Sequence record: PV805633.1
Length of the DNA: 64,000 bases
DNA from: a phage
Reading direction: 5' to 3' (one strand)
Part shown: piece by piece, positions 48,552-59,854 of the stretch
Numbering within the stretch: position 1 is the stretch's first letter
Layout of the letters: the number at the start of each line of letters is the position of its first letter
Translations under genes and position numbers: made by a program
Notes under the pieces: generated by a model
The model's database searches: none
The model's input: only the letters and a program-made list of their open reading frames with translations
What the model was told of the DNA's origin: nothing

Positions 48552-51207
48552 GGTCAGTATTAAGAGTCATATCAGAGTAGCTGCCAACCATGTTTAAGGA
48601 CATGTCAGCTATATCCGAACCAGTCATAAGAGTACGTGAGAGGAAAGAATCCAACGACTCCATTGACACAAATTGCATAGGGTCAATTACACCCTGCCCA
48701 GCAGTACCAAACATTTCTTCATACTGCTTATTGATTGCCATCATATCAGTATTGTACTGCTGCATTACATTCTCTGCTTTCTGAATAGTAGCAGCCGTAG
48801 ATGCATTAATATACTGACTAATGCCGTTACCTACTGAACTAGTAAGCTGCATGATGTTTTGAGCATTCATCATTTCACTAGCTAAGGTAGATAAGGATGT
48901 ACCAGTAGACATAGCAGTACCAACATTCATAGCCACCATTGAAGCAACAGCAGCAATGATAAAGCCTAGCTTATCACCAAATAGTGAAGTAGATACTTTA
49001 GTGATAATAGATACCAGAATCATTGCAGCAATGGCGTTTGCTACAGCACCTACTATTACAGCAGCTAATCCAACAAAGCCAAGTGATGCACCAACTGCAC
49101 CATATGCCCCAAGAATACCTGCACCACCTGCACTACCAGCACCCATAGTAAATACGGATATAACGACAGCAACTACAACAACCACAATCTTAAAGGCAGA
49201 GGACTGATACCACTTTTTCTTAACCTTTTTATATGAGTTCATTACTAAGTAGGAACAAGCAGTAGACAGTTGAGTACTACGAGTCAGTGACATTGAACGG
49301 TAGATGTTAGTGTGTAGCGGAATAATGAATCCACTCTCCTCTGCATCACCCATCGCCTCAGCAACATCAATATTTACTGACTTATTTTTATATACCCTGT
49401 TGCTATGATGAAGGCCCAATACCCTAAGTTTACGGTAGGTGTTATTACCATCCTGCCAAAGCAACTCATATTCTTGCATAGAGTAAAACGTAGGAGTAAC
49501 TTCTAATCTTTTAGTCGAACCAGAGTTACCAGCAGTACGTATGTTCTTACGGGTAAGAGTTATATCTCCTGCATATCTGGCTCGTAGCTGTCCTTGCTTA
49601 GCACCAGACCACGCTTTACCTGAGTGGGTAGTTTCAAATACGTAGTTCCAACTAATAGTCATGTCATACTTATACTGCTTACTACTGTGTACCCTAAACT
49701 CTCGCTTAGGTATGACGGGGTATTCTGGCAGAGGTGGAGGTGTTCCAACAGTTTGACCTTCCTGCCTGTTCCACCATTCTACATACTCATCGACTGCATC
49801 ATTTGCTGCCTGATAGCCTGCAATCACTGCTTCCAGTGTAGGGTAGGTTGGATCAGGTGGGAATGCTTCAGTAGCCATCTGAAAGAAACGGTAGATGTAT
49901 TCCTTAGCAGTATCCTCTGGAGTATTTAGGGATACACCGAATGTGCCATAGATGTATTGAATATCACCTATGTCGTCATTCTTCTTAAGCTCAGTCACTA
50001 CTTTATTAAGCTTACCACCAGTAGCTTTATAGAGTGCCTTCTCACAGTGGGGGTAGATTGGGTCATTCTCTACCCATTGTTTATCATTCCTGATTGGAAT
50101 GAATGGATAGAATCGGTTATCAGTAGCTTCAGTATCAAACAGGGAATCAAGTGCAACGTTACCTGAGTTCTGCTTATAGATAAGCATCTTAGGTGTACCA
50201 ACAGCAGTCATCTCAGTATCAGTACTAGTAGTCTGGGATGAGTACTTACGAACCAGTGTCTCTGTAGTTGTAGTGATTGTATCTGTGCGAGTAACACCAC
50301 CACCTAAATCAACTACATTGGTAGTTACAGTAGTACTGGATTGAACCTCACCAAACTTTGTATGAGTCATTACCCTGTCGGATACAACCACAGTTACATC
50401 ATCAGGTTTCTCAGTGAACCCTCTACGGTAAACCTTAACGTAAGAGTTCCAGCTATCCACACTTGGTTCAGTAACAGTATTGTCTTCATCCGGTCTACCA
50501 TCAGAGTAAACAGAATGAGTCTGTATAGTCTTAGTAAGATTTGTTGTGTTAGCCGTCGTATCACTTGAGATGGTAGTCCATAACAGAGTAGACGGTAAGT
50601 CATCTTCGCTGTTATAGACAGTAGTCGGACCTACTACCGGTGGATTGGTAGCCGGGGACTTATAGAAAGTGTAATCAGCATAGAGATACAAAGCACCTGG
50701 TTCAAAGTTAGTAGGTGTGAATGTAATGGGGGAACCTCCATCTAAGGAGGTCATAGTGATTACATTGGTATCTTCATCAATGTCTACATCGAATCGTTCC
50801 ATGATTCGACTTGGGGCATTCTCATAAAGATACTGGTCACACCATTGCTCAAAGTCAGCAAAGCCAATCTCTGCTGCCTGAACATAGACAGATTCTCCAG
50901 CAGGTGGAGTAATTTGACCCTCTATAACAGTAGGGTCAATCTTAGCCAGTACACCTAACGAAGAACCTGCCATACCAACTTCTGAATCATAGTGGTTCTT
51001 GCTCCAGCTAGAGAACAGTCGCATACGTATACCAGGCCCCTTCAGATAACTATCAGAGATAGTGTCTGCCATAGTGAATCCTGTATCAGCAACAATCTTA
51101 CCAATGACTACAGTCTTCATATAGTTTGGACGTTTGTGTATATCCCCTGCCATGTTATAGACAGAGGATGCTACGTATACTTTGGTCTTACTACTGAATA
51201 AGCCCAT
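48544..51207 (-). CDS. large virion protein (887 aa) with C-terminal Gly/Ala-rich hydrophobic segments
   Basis: ORF track; position between capsid genes and vRNAP. Confidence 0.55.
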   Translation of the reverse strand: MGLFSSKTKVYVASSVYNMAGDIHKRPNYMKTVVIGKIVADTGFTMADTISDSYLKGPGIRMRLFSSWSKNHYDSEVGMAGSSLGVLAKIDPTVIEGQITPPAGESVYVQAAEIGFADFEQWCDQYLYENAPSRIMERFDVDIDEDTNVITMTSLDGGSPITFTPTNFEPGALYLYADYTFYKSPATNPPVVGPTTVYNSEDDLPSTLLWTTISSDTTANTTNLTKTIQTHSVYSDGRPDEDNTVTEPSVDSWNSYVKVYRRGFTEKPDDVTVVVSDRVMTHTKFGEVQSSTTVTTNVVDLGGGVTRTDTITTTTETLVRKYSSQTTSTDTEMTAVGTPKMLIYKQNSGNVALDSLFDTEATDNRFYPFIPIRNDKQWVENDPIYPHCEKALYKATGGKLNKVVTELKKNDDIGDIQYIYGTFGVSLNTPEDTAKEYIYRFFQMATEAFPPDPTYPTLEAVIAGYQAANDAVDEYVEWWNRQEGQTVGTPPPLPEYPVIPKREFRVHSSKQYKYDMTISWNYVFETTHSGKAWSGAKQGQLRARYAGDITLTRKNIRTAGNSGSTKRLEVTPTFYSMQEYELLWQDGNNTYRKLRVLGLHHSNRVYKNKSVNIDVAEAMGDAEESGFIIPLHTNIYRSMSLTRSTQLSTACSYLVMNSYKKVKKKWYQSSAFKIVVVVVAVVISVFTMGAGSAGGAGILGAYGAVGASLGFVGLAAVIVGAVANAIAAMILVSIITKVSTSLFGDKLGFIIAAVASMVAMNVGTAMSTGTSLSTLASEMMNAQNIMQLTSSVGNGISQYINASTAATIQKAENVMQQYNTDMMAINKQYEEMFGTAGQGVIDPMQFVSMESLDSFLSRTLMTGSDIADMSLNMVGSYSDMTLNTDLV

Positions 51208-51208
51208 A

Positions 51209-52051
51209 TTAATTCAGCCCGTTGTTAATCTTCAGCTTGGACAAAATGGTATCAATACTTGCGTTGGTGAATCCATTAGGTGGGTTCAAGCCTTCATCAA
51301 TAGTCTTCTGTGTAATCCATGCATCAGTAAACAACTTAGATGCTTTAACTTCTGCATCACGTTGGTAAGAAGTAATCTGTTGGGAGTACAACTCTTTCTG
51401 TTTACCTACGGAACCCCTAACTGCTGCACCGTCTGTACGAGTATCCAATGTCTGTGCACGTTGTGCCTCAGTCTGCTCAGTAATCAGTTTAAGCTGTTGA
51501 GGTAACATATGGTCAGCATTAAACAATGCAGCACAGTACGTTTCAGACTCAGTAGCAATCTTCATCTTAGTGAGAGCATATTCACTCTTAGCAGATAGTG
51601 CCTGAATCTTAGCCAGCACATACTGAGCTTTAGAAGTAGCCAGTTGCACTCGTGCAGTAACTGCCTGAATCTGTGCCATAGCAGCAGCCCAGTATGCTTG
51701 GTCACGACCGAGTAAGAACTGAACAGCGTTACTCATGCACGATTCCATCATAGCAATGTATGCTTTGGTATATTCACCACCAGTAATACGGTTAGCTTTA
51801 AACTCAGCTTTAAGATGGTTGTGTGCAGATTCCATTAAAGCATCAAACGTACCACTACCACCTACTTCACGGGTAGTAAGCGATTCATTCGTTACTTTAG
51901 TAATAGCATCAAAGATAGGAGAGTCATCACCACCAGGGATATCCCATTCAGGGCCAGACATATCAATGTCAGGGAGGGTAAAGTCATCACCCTTAGTTAA
52001 CTCTTCTAGGAGTCGGTTAGCTTCTACCTCAGCAGAACAAGACATAATCAT
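51209..52051 (-). CDS. virion protein, coiled-coil rich
   Basis: ORF track; start/stop coupling. Confidence 0.5.
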   Translation of the reverse strand: MIMSCSAEVEANRLLEELTKGDDFTLPDIDMSGPEWDIPGGDDSPIFDAITKVTNESLTTREVGGSGTFDALMESAHNHLKAEFKANRITGGEYTKAYIAMMESCMSNAVQFLLGRDQAYWAAAMAQIQAVTARVQLATSKAQYVLAKIQALSAKSEYALTKMKIATESETYCAALFNADHMLPQQLKLITEQTEAQRAQTLDTRTDGAAVRGSVGKQKELYSQQITSYQRDAEVKASKLFTDAWITQKTIDEGLNPPNGFTNASIDTILSKLKINNGLN

Positions 52052-52121
52052 TCCTCTTGGTTCAAAAAGAAACGGCCCACGGAGTTACCCCAGTGAGCCG
52101 TGTTGAACTGTAGCTTATACG

Positions 52122-52763
52122 TTAATCGTTCAGGCTACCAGCAGCAATCTGTGCTTGAGCCAGTTGAGCCAATTCTGCTTCAGTCAGCGGAGGCAATACT
52201 TCAATGGAGAACTCACGTGCTTCTGTTGCACGGATATCTGGTAAGCCATTCTTACCTTTACGAGTCGTAATATTGATGAACTTACGCTCTTTAAGGAACT
52301 CGTAGATACAGTACGGAATATGATAACCATTGTCGGTAACTTCACCGAATGGAACAAACTTACGCACAGTACCCATATATTCGTTAGCTACGGTGATAAT
52401 CTCACCCGGCAGGTCTTTCTTCTTAGGGTCAAGGTTCTGGATACGTACACGAATCAGTCGAGTTTGTTCTGCACGAATCTTCTGACCCAGGGTCATCTTC
52501 TTAACACCAGCTTCCTGTTTTTCACCCAAAGGGTTAACAGCAGATTCTTTTACTTCTGGTTCATCTTTTGCTTGTGCAGCTTCAATTTTCTCACGGAGTT
52601 TCTCAACGGAGATGTTGTTAGAGAACTTAATATTCATCAACGTTGCACGTTGCTTAAGAACTTCAAGTTCGCTAGGCATTGCAATATCGTTAACGGTATC
52701 TTCGTTGCCCTGTACGTCCAGTTCTACGCCAGTGGTCGGTTTATCGTTAATGCTCATGTTCAT
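52122..52763 (-). CDS. virion/head protein
   Basis: ORF track; directly downstream of major capsid gene. Confidence 0.5.
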   Translation of the reverse strand: MNMSINDKPTTGVELDVQGNEDTVNDIAMPSELEVLKQRATLMNIKFSNNISVEKLREKIEAAQAKDEPEVKESAVNPLGEKQEAGVKKMTLGQKIRAEQTRLIRVRIQNLDPKKKDLPGEIITVANEYMGTVRKFVPFGEVTDNGYHIPYCIYEFLKERKFINITTRKGKNGLPDIRATEAREFSIEVLPPLTEAELAQLAQAQIAAGSLND

Positions 52764-52794
52764 ATTTCCTGTGGTTCAACTAGTTTTATTAAGA

Positions 52795-52812
52795 GGGGGA
52801 CACTAGTCCCCC
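52795..52812. other. 7-bp GC hairpin between major capsid gene and downstream gene
   Basis: GGGGGAC-ACTA-GTCCCCC; T-rich flank is on the plus strand only. Confidence 0.35.
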
Positions 52813-52830
52813 TTATTTTATTTAGGACTA

Positions 52831-54033
52831 TTACAGAGGAGCAACAGTCTTAATCAGAGCCAGACGTTCCGGACGTTTAACCAGGATACCGTAGTACCAC
52901 TTGATGGAACTGAAACCAGTCTCACCATACGGGTCATTACGGTCAGCAGTTTCACGACCAGGCATCTTAGTCATGATGGAGAACTTAACAGACTTACCAT
53001 CAGTCTGGAAGCCAATGGTAGAGAAGGAGTCATCACCAACTACCAGCATCGGGAACACGTCATAGTGTTCTTCACCACTAACCATAGAAGAACGGTAACC
53101 CGGGTTAGTAGAGACTTGAGCACCAGCACCTGCCCAATGCAGCATCTCAGGAACCTGGATAATACGGAACTTGTCGATACAACCAATCTCACCATTCATC
53201 AGAGTACCAGCATCAGCATAGTGCTGAACCTCGATGAATGCTTTGTTACCGAATAGGTCTTTCATCGCTTTCAGTTCTGGAACAAGTTCAGAACCAACGT
53301 ACATTACACGAGTACCACCAAGTACTTTGGTATCGGTAAGTTTAGAACCAGTGATGATAGTAGTCTGGGTCGGAGTACGGTTCTCAGTAAGAATCTGGTC
53401 AAGACGCATCAGGTTCTTATAAGAAACTACAGATGGGGTAGCACCTTCACCAGTGATGGTAGCATCGGAGGTAGCAGCACCTGCATACAGTACAGTACCA
53501 GCAGCAGCCAACAGATCTTTCTGGAGAACAGCTTCAGTCAGCTGTACAGCACCGTTCATCAGTTCACGAGACAGGTGTTCTTTCAGTTGGTCATCAGAAT
53601 CAAAGTCCAGAGACTCTTGAGTAAATTCGTAGAAGAAACCGAACTTATGAATGGAACCTTCACGAGACAGACGAGTAAAGCCTACACGGTTAACACGACC
53701 ACCGTTCTCTGTCAGCAGAGGCAGTTTAGAAGTGATGTTACCAACGTCTCGGGAAGAACCATACAGGTTACCATTAACAATGGTAGCACCATTAGCATCA
53801 ATACCCTGGTCGTTGATGTTCTTATCGTCAAGCAGTGGAACGTATTCATACACCTTAACAGTCTTACCGTAGTTCTTCGGCATGTTAATGGTGTTAGCCA
53901 GTGGCATGAAGTACTGGTCTTTACGGGACTGAATAATAGCTTTCTTCAGCCAGTAATAGGTATTCATCTGGTCGGAACCAGTACCATCAATGCTAGATTT
54001 CTGGCCGTCAATTGGGGCGTTATAGTTTAACAT
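52831..54033 (-). CDS. major capsid protein (N4 gp56-like)
   Basis: 400 aa; position between portal and virion proteins; size matches N4 MCP. Confidence 0.6.
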   Translation of the reverse strand: MLNYNAPIDGQKSSIDGTGSDQMNTYYWLKKAIIQSRKDQYFMPLANTINMPKNYGKTVKVYEYVPLLDDKNINDQGIDANGATIVNGNLYGSSRDVGNITSKLPLLTENGGRVNRVGFTRLSREGSIHKFGFFYEFTQESLDFDSDDQLKEHLSRELMNGAVQLTEAVLQKDLLAAAGTVLYAGAATSDATITGEGATPSVVSYKNLMRLDQILTENRTPTQTTIITGSKLTDTKVLGGTRVMYVGSELVPELKAMKDLFGNKAFIEVQHYADAGTLMNGEIGCIDKFRIIQVPEMLHWAGAGAQVSTNPGYRSSMVSGEEHYDVFPMLVVGDDSFSTIGFQTDGKSVKFSIMTKMPGRETADRNDPYGETGFSSIKWYYGILVKRPERLALIKTVAPL

Positions 54034-54049
54034 ATCATCTTATTCCTGT

Positions 54050-55270
54050 TTAAAGACTACCCGGTACTGGGAGTTTAGCGAAATCTTCATCACTCATAGC
54101 GAGTGGGTTTACAATAGGTGTTGCTTTACGTGTAGCAGCCCGATTAAGGGAAGCTGCTTTAGCTTGCTCACTGTTAGCCAGAGTCTGCTTAGGTTGTGCT
54201 ACACGCACTACCGGCTGAACTACTGGTTTAACTGCTTGTACCGGTTCTGGCTTAGCCACTCGGTTAAATGCCCCCTGCTGTGCAAGGAGGTTACCGACGT
54301 GGTTATAAGCCTGAATGAACGGAGTACCTACCGGAATCTGGCCTAACATTTGAAGACGGTTCACTTCGTTTGCAATGGTGTCATAAATACCATTCTCACG
54401 TTGTTCGTGAATAGTCTGGAGTAGGCCACGATTCTGGTAAAGAGCTTCTTTACTGGCAGCATCCCATGTCGAGCCGATAACACCTAATGTAGCTTGTCCT
54501 TCTTGAGTAGACTTTAAGTCGTCAATTTCGGTTGCAAAATCTGCTTCGGTGTCGGTAACACGGTGATTGCCACCCTGGTAGTTAATTTCTTCATCTGGAT
54601 TAAAGTCCAGAGGATCTGTACCAGAGTCTTTGAGCAACTTCTTAATGGCTTCAGGATTCTTTTTATCCAGGTCAATAAGGAAAGAAAGTTTATCCTCATC
54701 CATCAAACCGTTGTTCTGTAACATCAGCATTACCTTACGGTAAGGCTTTAGTTCTTGCATCTTACGAGTATAGTTAGCACCCATCTGCATCAGGCTAATG
54801 GCCTCCTCCGGTGAACGGGGAGTAATTACTTTGCCGTTAGCTTTAAAAGGAGCCATCAACTTCTCGTAACCTTCTTTATAGTTGAAGTCAGCAGGCAGAC
54901 CTTCAGACTGTTTGCCTTCTTCTTTCTGTTCCTGGCCTGGTTCAGTAGTAGAAGGTTCAGCTTTAGTAATCGGCTCGCCGTTACTATCAACTTCTGTGTC
55001 AACAACTTTATCATCAACTTTATCAGAAGTTAAAGGATTTGCTGAATCTTCTTCATCTGGTTCGGCTTCAGGGGAGGTTTCTTCAGTTGGTAGGTCTTCA
55101 ACAGCAGGGGTGTCAACTTCTTCTTCAGGAGTCTGTACGCCGTTGGTTTCTGGGTTGTTCTGAGTGGAAGTATCTTCCTCAGCAATAATTGCTGGGGCTT
55201 CCATATTCAGAATCTCATCATCCGACATTGCGAGAATGTCGGAAGCTGTGGTTGCAGCTTCCGTAGTCAT
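54050..55270 (-). CDS. head assembly protein (possible scaffold), acidic N-terminus
   Basis: 406 aa between portal and MCP. Confidence 0.35.
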   Translation of the reverse strand: MTTEAATTASDILAMSDDEILNMEAPAIIAEEDTSTQNNPETNGVQTPEEEVDTPAVEDLPTEETSPEAEPDEEDSANPLTSDKVDDKVVDTEVDSNGEPITKAEPSTTEPGQEQKEEGKQSEGLPADFNYKEGYEKLMAPFKANGKVITPRSPEEAISLMQMGANYTRKMQELKPYRKVMLMLQNNGLMDEDKLSFLIDLDKKNPEAIKKLLKDSGTDPLDFNPDEEINYQGGNHRVTDTEADFATEIDDLKSTQEGQATLGVIGSTWDAASKEALYQNRGLLQTIHEQRENGIYDTIANEVNRLQMLGQIPVGTPFIQAYNHVGNLLAQQGAFNRVAKPEPVQAVKPVVQPVVRVAQPKQTLANSEQAKAASLNRAATRKATPIVNPLAMSDEDFAKLPVPGSL

Positions 55271-55289
55271 AGGAAATATCTCCGGTTAA

Positions 55290-55634
55290 TTATTCGTCTT
55301 CAGGTTCAGCACGAACTGCGTCGAGTTCTTCTTCTACCTGTAGAATAACGTCAGCTTCGTTTTCGCCCATACGAATGGCAAGATCAAGCCAACGACGTAA
55401 GTGACCAGCAGCTTGAGCCATGTTCAGTGCATCTGCACGGTTATTAGGTTCAAGCAGTGGGTCACCAGACTCTTGCACGTAACGTGCACAATCTTCCGTA
55501 CAGAACTGGCGAAGGATTACTTTACGGAACAGTGGATTCTCCAGAAGTTTACGTACATCTTCTGCATGTGCAACTGCACCTTTAGCAGCTTCCAGTCGAT
55601 GTTCCAGTCCAGCGATTGTTGATTCTTTACTCAT
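55290..55634 (-). CDS. hypothetical head protein
   Basis: ORF track. Confidence 0.45.
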   Translation of the reverse strand: MSKESTIAGLEHRLEAAKGAVAHAEDVRKLLENPLFRKVILRQFCTEDCARYVQESGDPLLEPNNRADALNMAQAAGHLRRWLDLAIRMGENEADVILQVEEELDAVRAEPEDE

Positions 55635-55647
55635 GTGAAGGTCTGCC

Positions 55648-57918
55648 TTACAGGTTCATGCCAAGAGCCGATGCTGGGTCTTGGCTAGGGTCATAGTATT
55701 GGGAACTAAGTGAATAAGACGGGTCTTGCTGAGCAGCTAAATCCCGTTCTGGTATAGAGTTCACGTTAGTCAAAGTATTATATCCAACAGCTGCAGATAT
55801 GTTGGGGGTAGTTTCCCCTTCTTTAATAGGTGTTGTCAATGCCTTAGTTATTTGAAGGTTCTGGTTTCCTTGGGATTGTGCTTTTTGTTTTTCCATATCA
55901 CGAGCATGTTTAGTACCAGATTCCTGTTCCAGATAATCCAGGTCTTTAAGGTCACCACTAGAAGCAGCCTCTTTAGCTTTAGCCATATTGAGTGCAATCT
56001 TACTTTGCAACTCTTCATTCTCAAGCTGTGCTTTCTGAATTGCCAATTGCTTAAGCTGTTCTTCCATAGGGTCTGGTTGTGGTTGCCAAGTACGTAACTC
56101 ATGAGCCAGGTCAGGCATACGTTTAAGCTCTGCAATCTTAGCTACGAGGGATAATGTAATAGTCTGGTCAACCGTATTACCCAATGTTTGAACCATGAAG
56201 CTCAAGTCCTGGGATTTCTGGTTATCAATTTCAGCAGTGTTAATATCAACCTCAATGTCGAAGTTACCTTTAAGATCTTCACGGTTAATCTCTACATACT
56301 GCTCGTTAGTAATACGTACTACTTCCTTCTCAGATAAGAACACAGCATTCATTGCACAAATCTTAGTACCAATGTCTGCCATACCCTTAGCTAATCGACG
56401 AAGGATTGCCATCTCACGCTTGGATGCTGCATCAAGTGCACCACGAATACCAGCAGCCACATCTCCGTATGCTGAACCAGTTACACCACCGGAGAATGCT
56501 TTAACACCAGTTAATGATTCAGCTTCCTGGTTTTGCATCTGGGTCATTATTATTGCCGACTGAGGTAACTCAGGGAACTTATGTTCCATAATGGCTTGAC
56601 TAGGATTACCCTGCATTGGGTTGTATTCATAGTCTTGCCCATCGTCATAACGACGTCGGTTTAGTGTATCCAACATCCCTTTAGGATAACCACGTTGACC
56701 ATTTGCACTTCGACCTAACAGGTCAATCATCCCACGCATAGTTGCACCAAGAATTGCTTGGTTATCCCCCAACAGTTCAGCATCAGCTTCACCAAAGAGT
56801 TCACGTTTACGAGGCATGTAAGGAACAACTACTAAAGGTAATTTGCCGTCAGGGAATGGGTTCCTCTCCATACGAATAAGGGTAGAACCAATCCAGGTAG
56901 CAACAATAGGTTCCAGAGAACCATCATCATTGATGTCGTAGAATCCCCAGTATTCATAAGCAACAACTTTCTTACGTAGTGCATCCTTAAACTGAAAGTC
57001 ACTAGGGGTTTTACTTTCATGGTCTGGGTCAGTCATAGGACTGGAGCTTTCCCAGTCAATCTTATCTAAGTTGTGATATATGTCCTTGTTCTTCATGAGG
57101 TCTGCTTTGCATGTCTCAAACGAGATAACTGCATACAGAGCCTTATCCAAATCACCATTACAGCTTGGGTCAATAACTACGTTATTAGGGTTAAGCATTT
57201 CAACGGTAGGTCTGTTAACTAGTGCCTTCTCTACTTCTACTTCAGTAACTCCCGTTTGAATTGCATAGGTAGCTTCCCCGGTTTCATTGAAGTAGTTAAC
57301 AGCTTCCTTAATATCTTCCGGCATTGTTTCATCATACTCACGAGGATTCTCTGCCTGAAGCTGTAAAGCTTGTTGAAGAACATCAGCTTGTTCCTGGTTC
57401 TCAATTGGATACAACTGGAATACTGGTGTTTCTGTTTTAATCTTAACAGTCTTACGTTCCCAACCAATACGAGCAATACCAGTGCCATCATCTACGACAC
57501 TATGTACATAATCATCTACCAGTTTCACTTTATTAAGCTGAGTACGGAATTGGTAGTTAAGAACTAATTCATTCTGGCGTGCAGCTAACTCATCTTCAAA
57601 AGTAACAGGGGTTACTTTAAAGAGCTTATTAGACGAGAGAAAAGGCTCAGACAATGGAGCATATCGCCATTCTGCCTGACGGCGAACCAGTCTGGGTTGG
57701 ACTTGGGAACGTCCCTTAACCTTTGGGGGTTTAGCTTTACCTTTAACTTCCATCAGGTCATTCCACTCACGAATCTGTGCCATAATTGCATCGTGAGCAG
57801 GTTTAGCTGATTCCAAATCACCCTTCAGTAATTGGATACTTGGTTCCTTCTTCCAGTCCGTTAACTTCTCTGATTGAGCCGGGTCTGGTAAAGGCTTAAA
57901 AGTGTCTTGGTGTTCCAT
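55648..57918 (-). CDS. portal protein (N4 gp59-like)
   Basis: 756 aa; position upstream of MCP. Confidence 0.55.
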   Translation of the reverse strand: MEHQDTFKPLPDPAQSEKLTDWKKEPSIQLLKGDLESAKPAHDAIMAQIREWNDLMEVKGKAKPPKVKGRSQVQPRLVRRQAEWRYAPLSEPFLSSNKLFKVTPVTFEDELAARQNELVLNYQFRTQLNKVKLVDDYVHSVVDDGTGIARIGWERKTVKIKTETPVFQLYPIENQEQADVLQQALQLQAENPREYDETMPEDIKEAVNYFNETGEATYAIQTGVTEVEVEKALVNRPTVEMLNPNNVVIDPSCNGDLDKALYAVISFETCKADLMKNKDIYHNLDKIDWESSSPMTDPDHESKTPSDFQFKDALRKKVVAYEYWGFYDINDDGSLEPIVATWIGSTLIRMERNPFPDGKLPLVVVPYMPRKRELFGEADAELLGDNQAILGATMRGMIDLLGRSANGQRGYPKGMLDTLNRRRYDDGQDYEYNPMQGNPSQAIMEHKFPELPQSAIIMTQMQNQEAESLTGVKAFSGGVTGSAYGDVAAGIRGALDAASKREMAILRRLAKGMADIGTKICAMNAVFLSEKEVVRITNEQYVEINREDLKGNFDIEVDINTAEIDNQKSQDLSFMVQTLGNTVDQTITLSLVAKIAELKRMPDLAHELRTWQPQPDPMEEQLKQLAIQKAQLENEELQSKIALNMAKAKEAASSGDLKDLDYLEQESGTKHARDMEKQKAQSQGNQNLQITKALTTPIKEGETTPNISAAVGYNTLTNVNSIPERDLAAQQDPSYSLSSQYYDPSQDPASALGMNL

Positions 57919-57926
57919 AGTTAATC

Positions 57927-58427
57927 CTATTCAAAAAGTTTACGGTCAGCCTGAATTTGCTTACCCAACTCAATTAGTTGGTTGTCACGGAGTCTAACAG
58001 TTGCCCGGAGTTCTTCAACCAAACGTCTGCCTTCTTCAAGACTGTTGTCGAGTCTGGCTGCATGGCTTGCAAGACTTCTGCACTCAAGGGTTCCGGCTTC
58101 GGCTTGACGTTTATATACCGATGCTCGTCTTTCAGACTGTTGCATCCGGCTGTCGTAATCACTGCTAACGCGAGCAAGCTCGCTTGCGTAATTACTCTCA
58201 GCCGTCTGCAACCGGGAAGTAAGTAACCCGACTTCATAACTATGGTTTCTTTGGAGAGCATTGTATTTGTCCTGTAGTTTTTGTGTTGCCTTCTGGTCTT
58301 CAACCTTTTGAGCATCCCATCTCTTTTGGACAGTAGACTGTCCATTGGAATTGCCCCAAAAGTAAATGGTGGCCCCGAGGACCACCACCAGAAGATAAGG
58401 CCAACCTTTAGAGATTAGCATCTTCAT
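57927..58427 (-). CDS. i-spanin (Rz-like)
   Basis: N-terminal [17 protein letters not shown] then coiled-coil periplasmic domain; start set at internal Met. Confidence 0.55.
   Translation of the reverse strand: MKMLISKGWPYLLVVVLGATIYFWGNSNGQSTVQKRWDAQKVEDQKATQKLQDKYNALQRNHSYEVGLLTSRLQTAESNYASELARVSSDYDSRMQQSERRASVYKRQAEAGTLECRSLASHAARLDNSLEEGRRLVEELRATVRLRDNQLIELGKQIQADRKLFE
57974..58237 (-). CDS. o-spanin (Rz1-like) lipoprotein embedded in the i-spanin gene
   Basis: Alternate frame inside i-spanin; signal peptide with lipobox-like TAGC; Pro-rich mature region. Confidence 0.5.
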   Translation of the reverse strand: MKSGYLLPGCRRLRVITQASLLALAVITTAGCNSLKDEHRYINVKPKPEPLSAEVLQAMQPDSTTVLKKADVWLKNSGQLLDSVTTN

Positions 58428-59042
58428 TACATGCCTCCAGTGGTACATTACCGATTCGGTTAGCTACCCAACCATACGTAAAGTCTGGCATGTTCAATGA
58501 GGTGTAGTGGTTCAATTGTTTAGCATCAAGCAACTTAATCATTACCTGACATGCTGCAACTTTGCCTCGTTTTTTCTGTAATGCTTTATATGCATTAACA
58601 GTACCTGCACCGACTTTACCATCAACTTGTATTTTAGGGTAGTCTTTGCCATCACGGGACATTTCATTAAGGGATTGCTGCAACCACTTAGCTGGTCTGG
58701 TTACACCGGTATTAACACCAGCATCAACCAGTTTGTGTGTTACAGCAGGAGATATATCAGCGAAGGCTACGAAGTTAGGCTTAATAACGTAGTCATCAAT
58801 GTATATCTCAGCAGCCATTTCTTTCGATAAACCCTTCATGGAACCATCCCAACCATACTCAGTAGCCAGAACTTCTTTGTGAGACTTAGCTACTGATTGG
58901 GTAATACCATGATTGGTTTCCCCACCTGGGTCACGAGGATTGTTTACGTACCCCCTTCCATATAGAACACTGCCCCCAGAATAGCAGCGATAACTCCTCC
59001 CACCGCACCCCCTTTTGCAGCAAGTTTCTGTTTAGCTTTCAT
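58408..59042 (-). CDS. SAR-endolysin, GH108-like N-acetylmuramidase with PG_binding_3-like C-terminus; apparent 1-nt frame change at a G5 run (plus strand C5 at about 58951-58955)
   Basis: ATG-initiated MKAKQKLAAKGGAVGGVIAAILGAVFYMEGG stops 4 codons after the run; downstream frame continues GYVNNPRDPGGETNHGIT...DGKVGAGTVNAYKAL. Confidence 0.55.
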
Positions 59043-59292
59043 GGGAATCTTCCTTTGGATGGAAACGTATTAGTCTGCCCACAATGTTTAAGGCAAACAG
59101 TGCGATTGTAATACTGGAACCATGTGGAATATCTTCAAGGATGTGACGTGGTAGTCCTGTTAGCATTGGTTGGATAATATCTACTGTAGAAAACAGAATT
59201 AATCCAAATGCACTAATCTGAACAGATGCCCACTTCCAGGACTTCTTCCAGTTAGGAACTAGCCCTATTTTTCTTTTTAGCTTGCGAACCAT
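59032..59292 (-). CDS. holin-like two-TM membrane protein
   Basis: ORF track 59032..59358, start set at internal Met; two hydrophobic helices; stop overlaps endolysin start. Confidence 0.4.
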   Translation of the reverse strand: MVRKLKRKIGLVPNWKKSWKWASVQISAFGLILFSTVDIIQPMLTGLPRHILEDIPHGSSITIALFALNIVGRLIRFHPKEDSHES

Positions 59293-59609
59293 GCGAATAT
59301 CTCCCGTCTTGCAGCAGCCAATACACCAATAATTGCACCTGCCCCAGCCCATACCCACTTACCAAAAATCCCAGCACCTGCAACCTTATGTTTGATGGTG
59401 ATGAACTCTTCAATGGTAGGTTCGGACTTAGTGATGCTCTCCTCTACCCGTTTAAGTCGGGTACTGAGGTCACCCATAGACTCGCTTAGCTTTTTAATAG
59501 ACTCTTCCATTTTCTCCCTATCCCTCGATTCACGAGTTTGGTTTTCGAAAATGTTTCTCAGTCTCTCTTCAAGTCTGGCTAGAGTTACGTTATCTGGTTC
59601 ATTTCCCAT
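59277..59609 (-). CDS. coiled-coil protein with C-terminal TM (lysis accessory candidate)
   Basis: ORF track; C-terminal GAGIFGKWVWAGAGAIIGVLAAA. Confidence 0.4.
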   Translation of the reverse strand: MGNEPDNVTLARLEERLRNIFENQTRESRDREKMEESIKKLSESMGDLSTRLKRVEESITKSEPTIEEFITIKHKVAGAGIFGKWVWAGAGAIIGVLAAARREIFAWFAS

Positions 59610-59854
59610 AGGGATTTTCTCAGGTTAGTTAAGTCGTAATTGACTAAAACAGTCTACCTAATGACTTGTTTTTGGTACAACAAAACCCACCCCCGCAACC
59701 TAGTTGGGCTGGTTAAAGCCTGAAATATGGAACAGCAGTCACCAAAACAACAAAGACCATACTTAGGATTGAGACAACCATATGGGTGGCTATATGCGTA
59801 TAATATTTTTAGGGAGCAAGTATACACCTGCTCCCCGGAGCTATCTCAGAGCCA

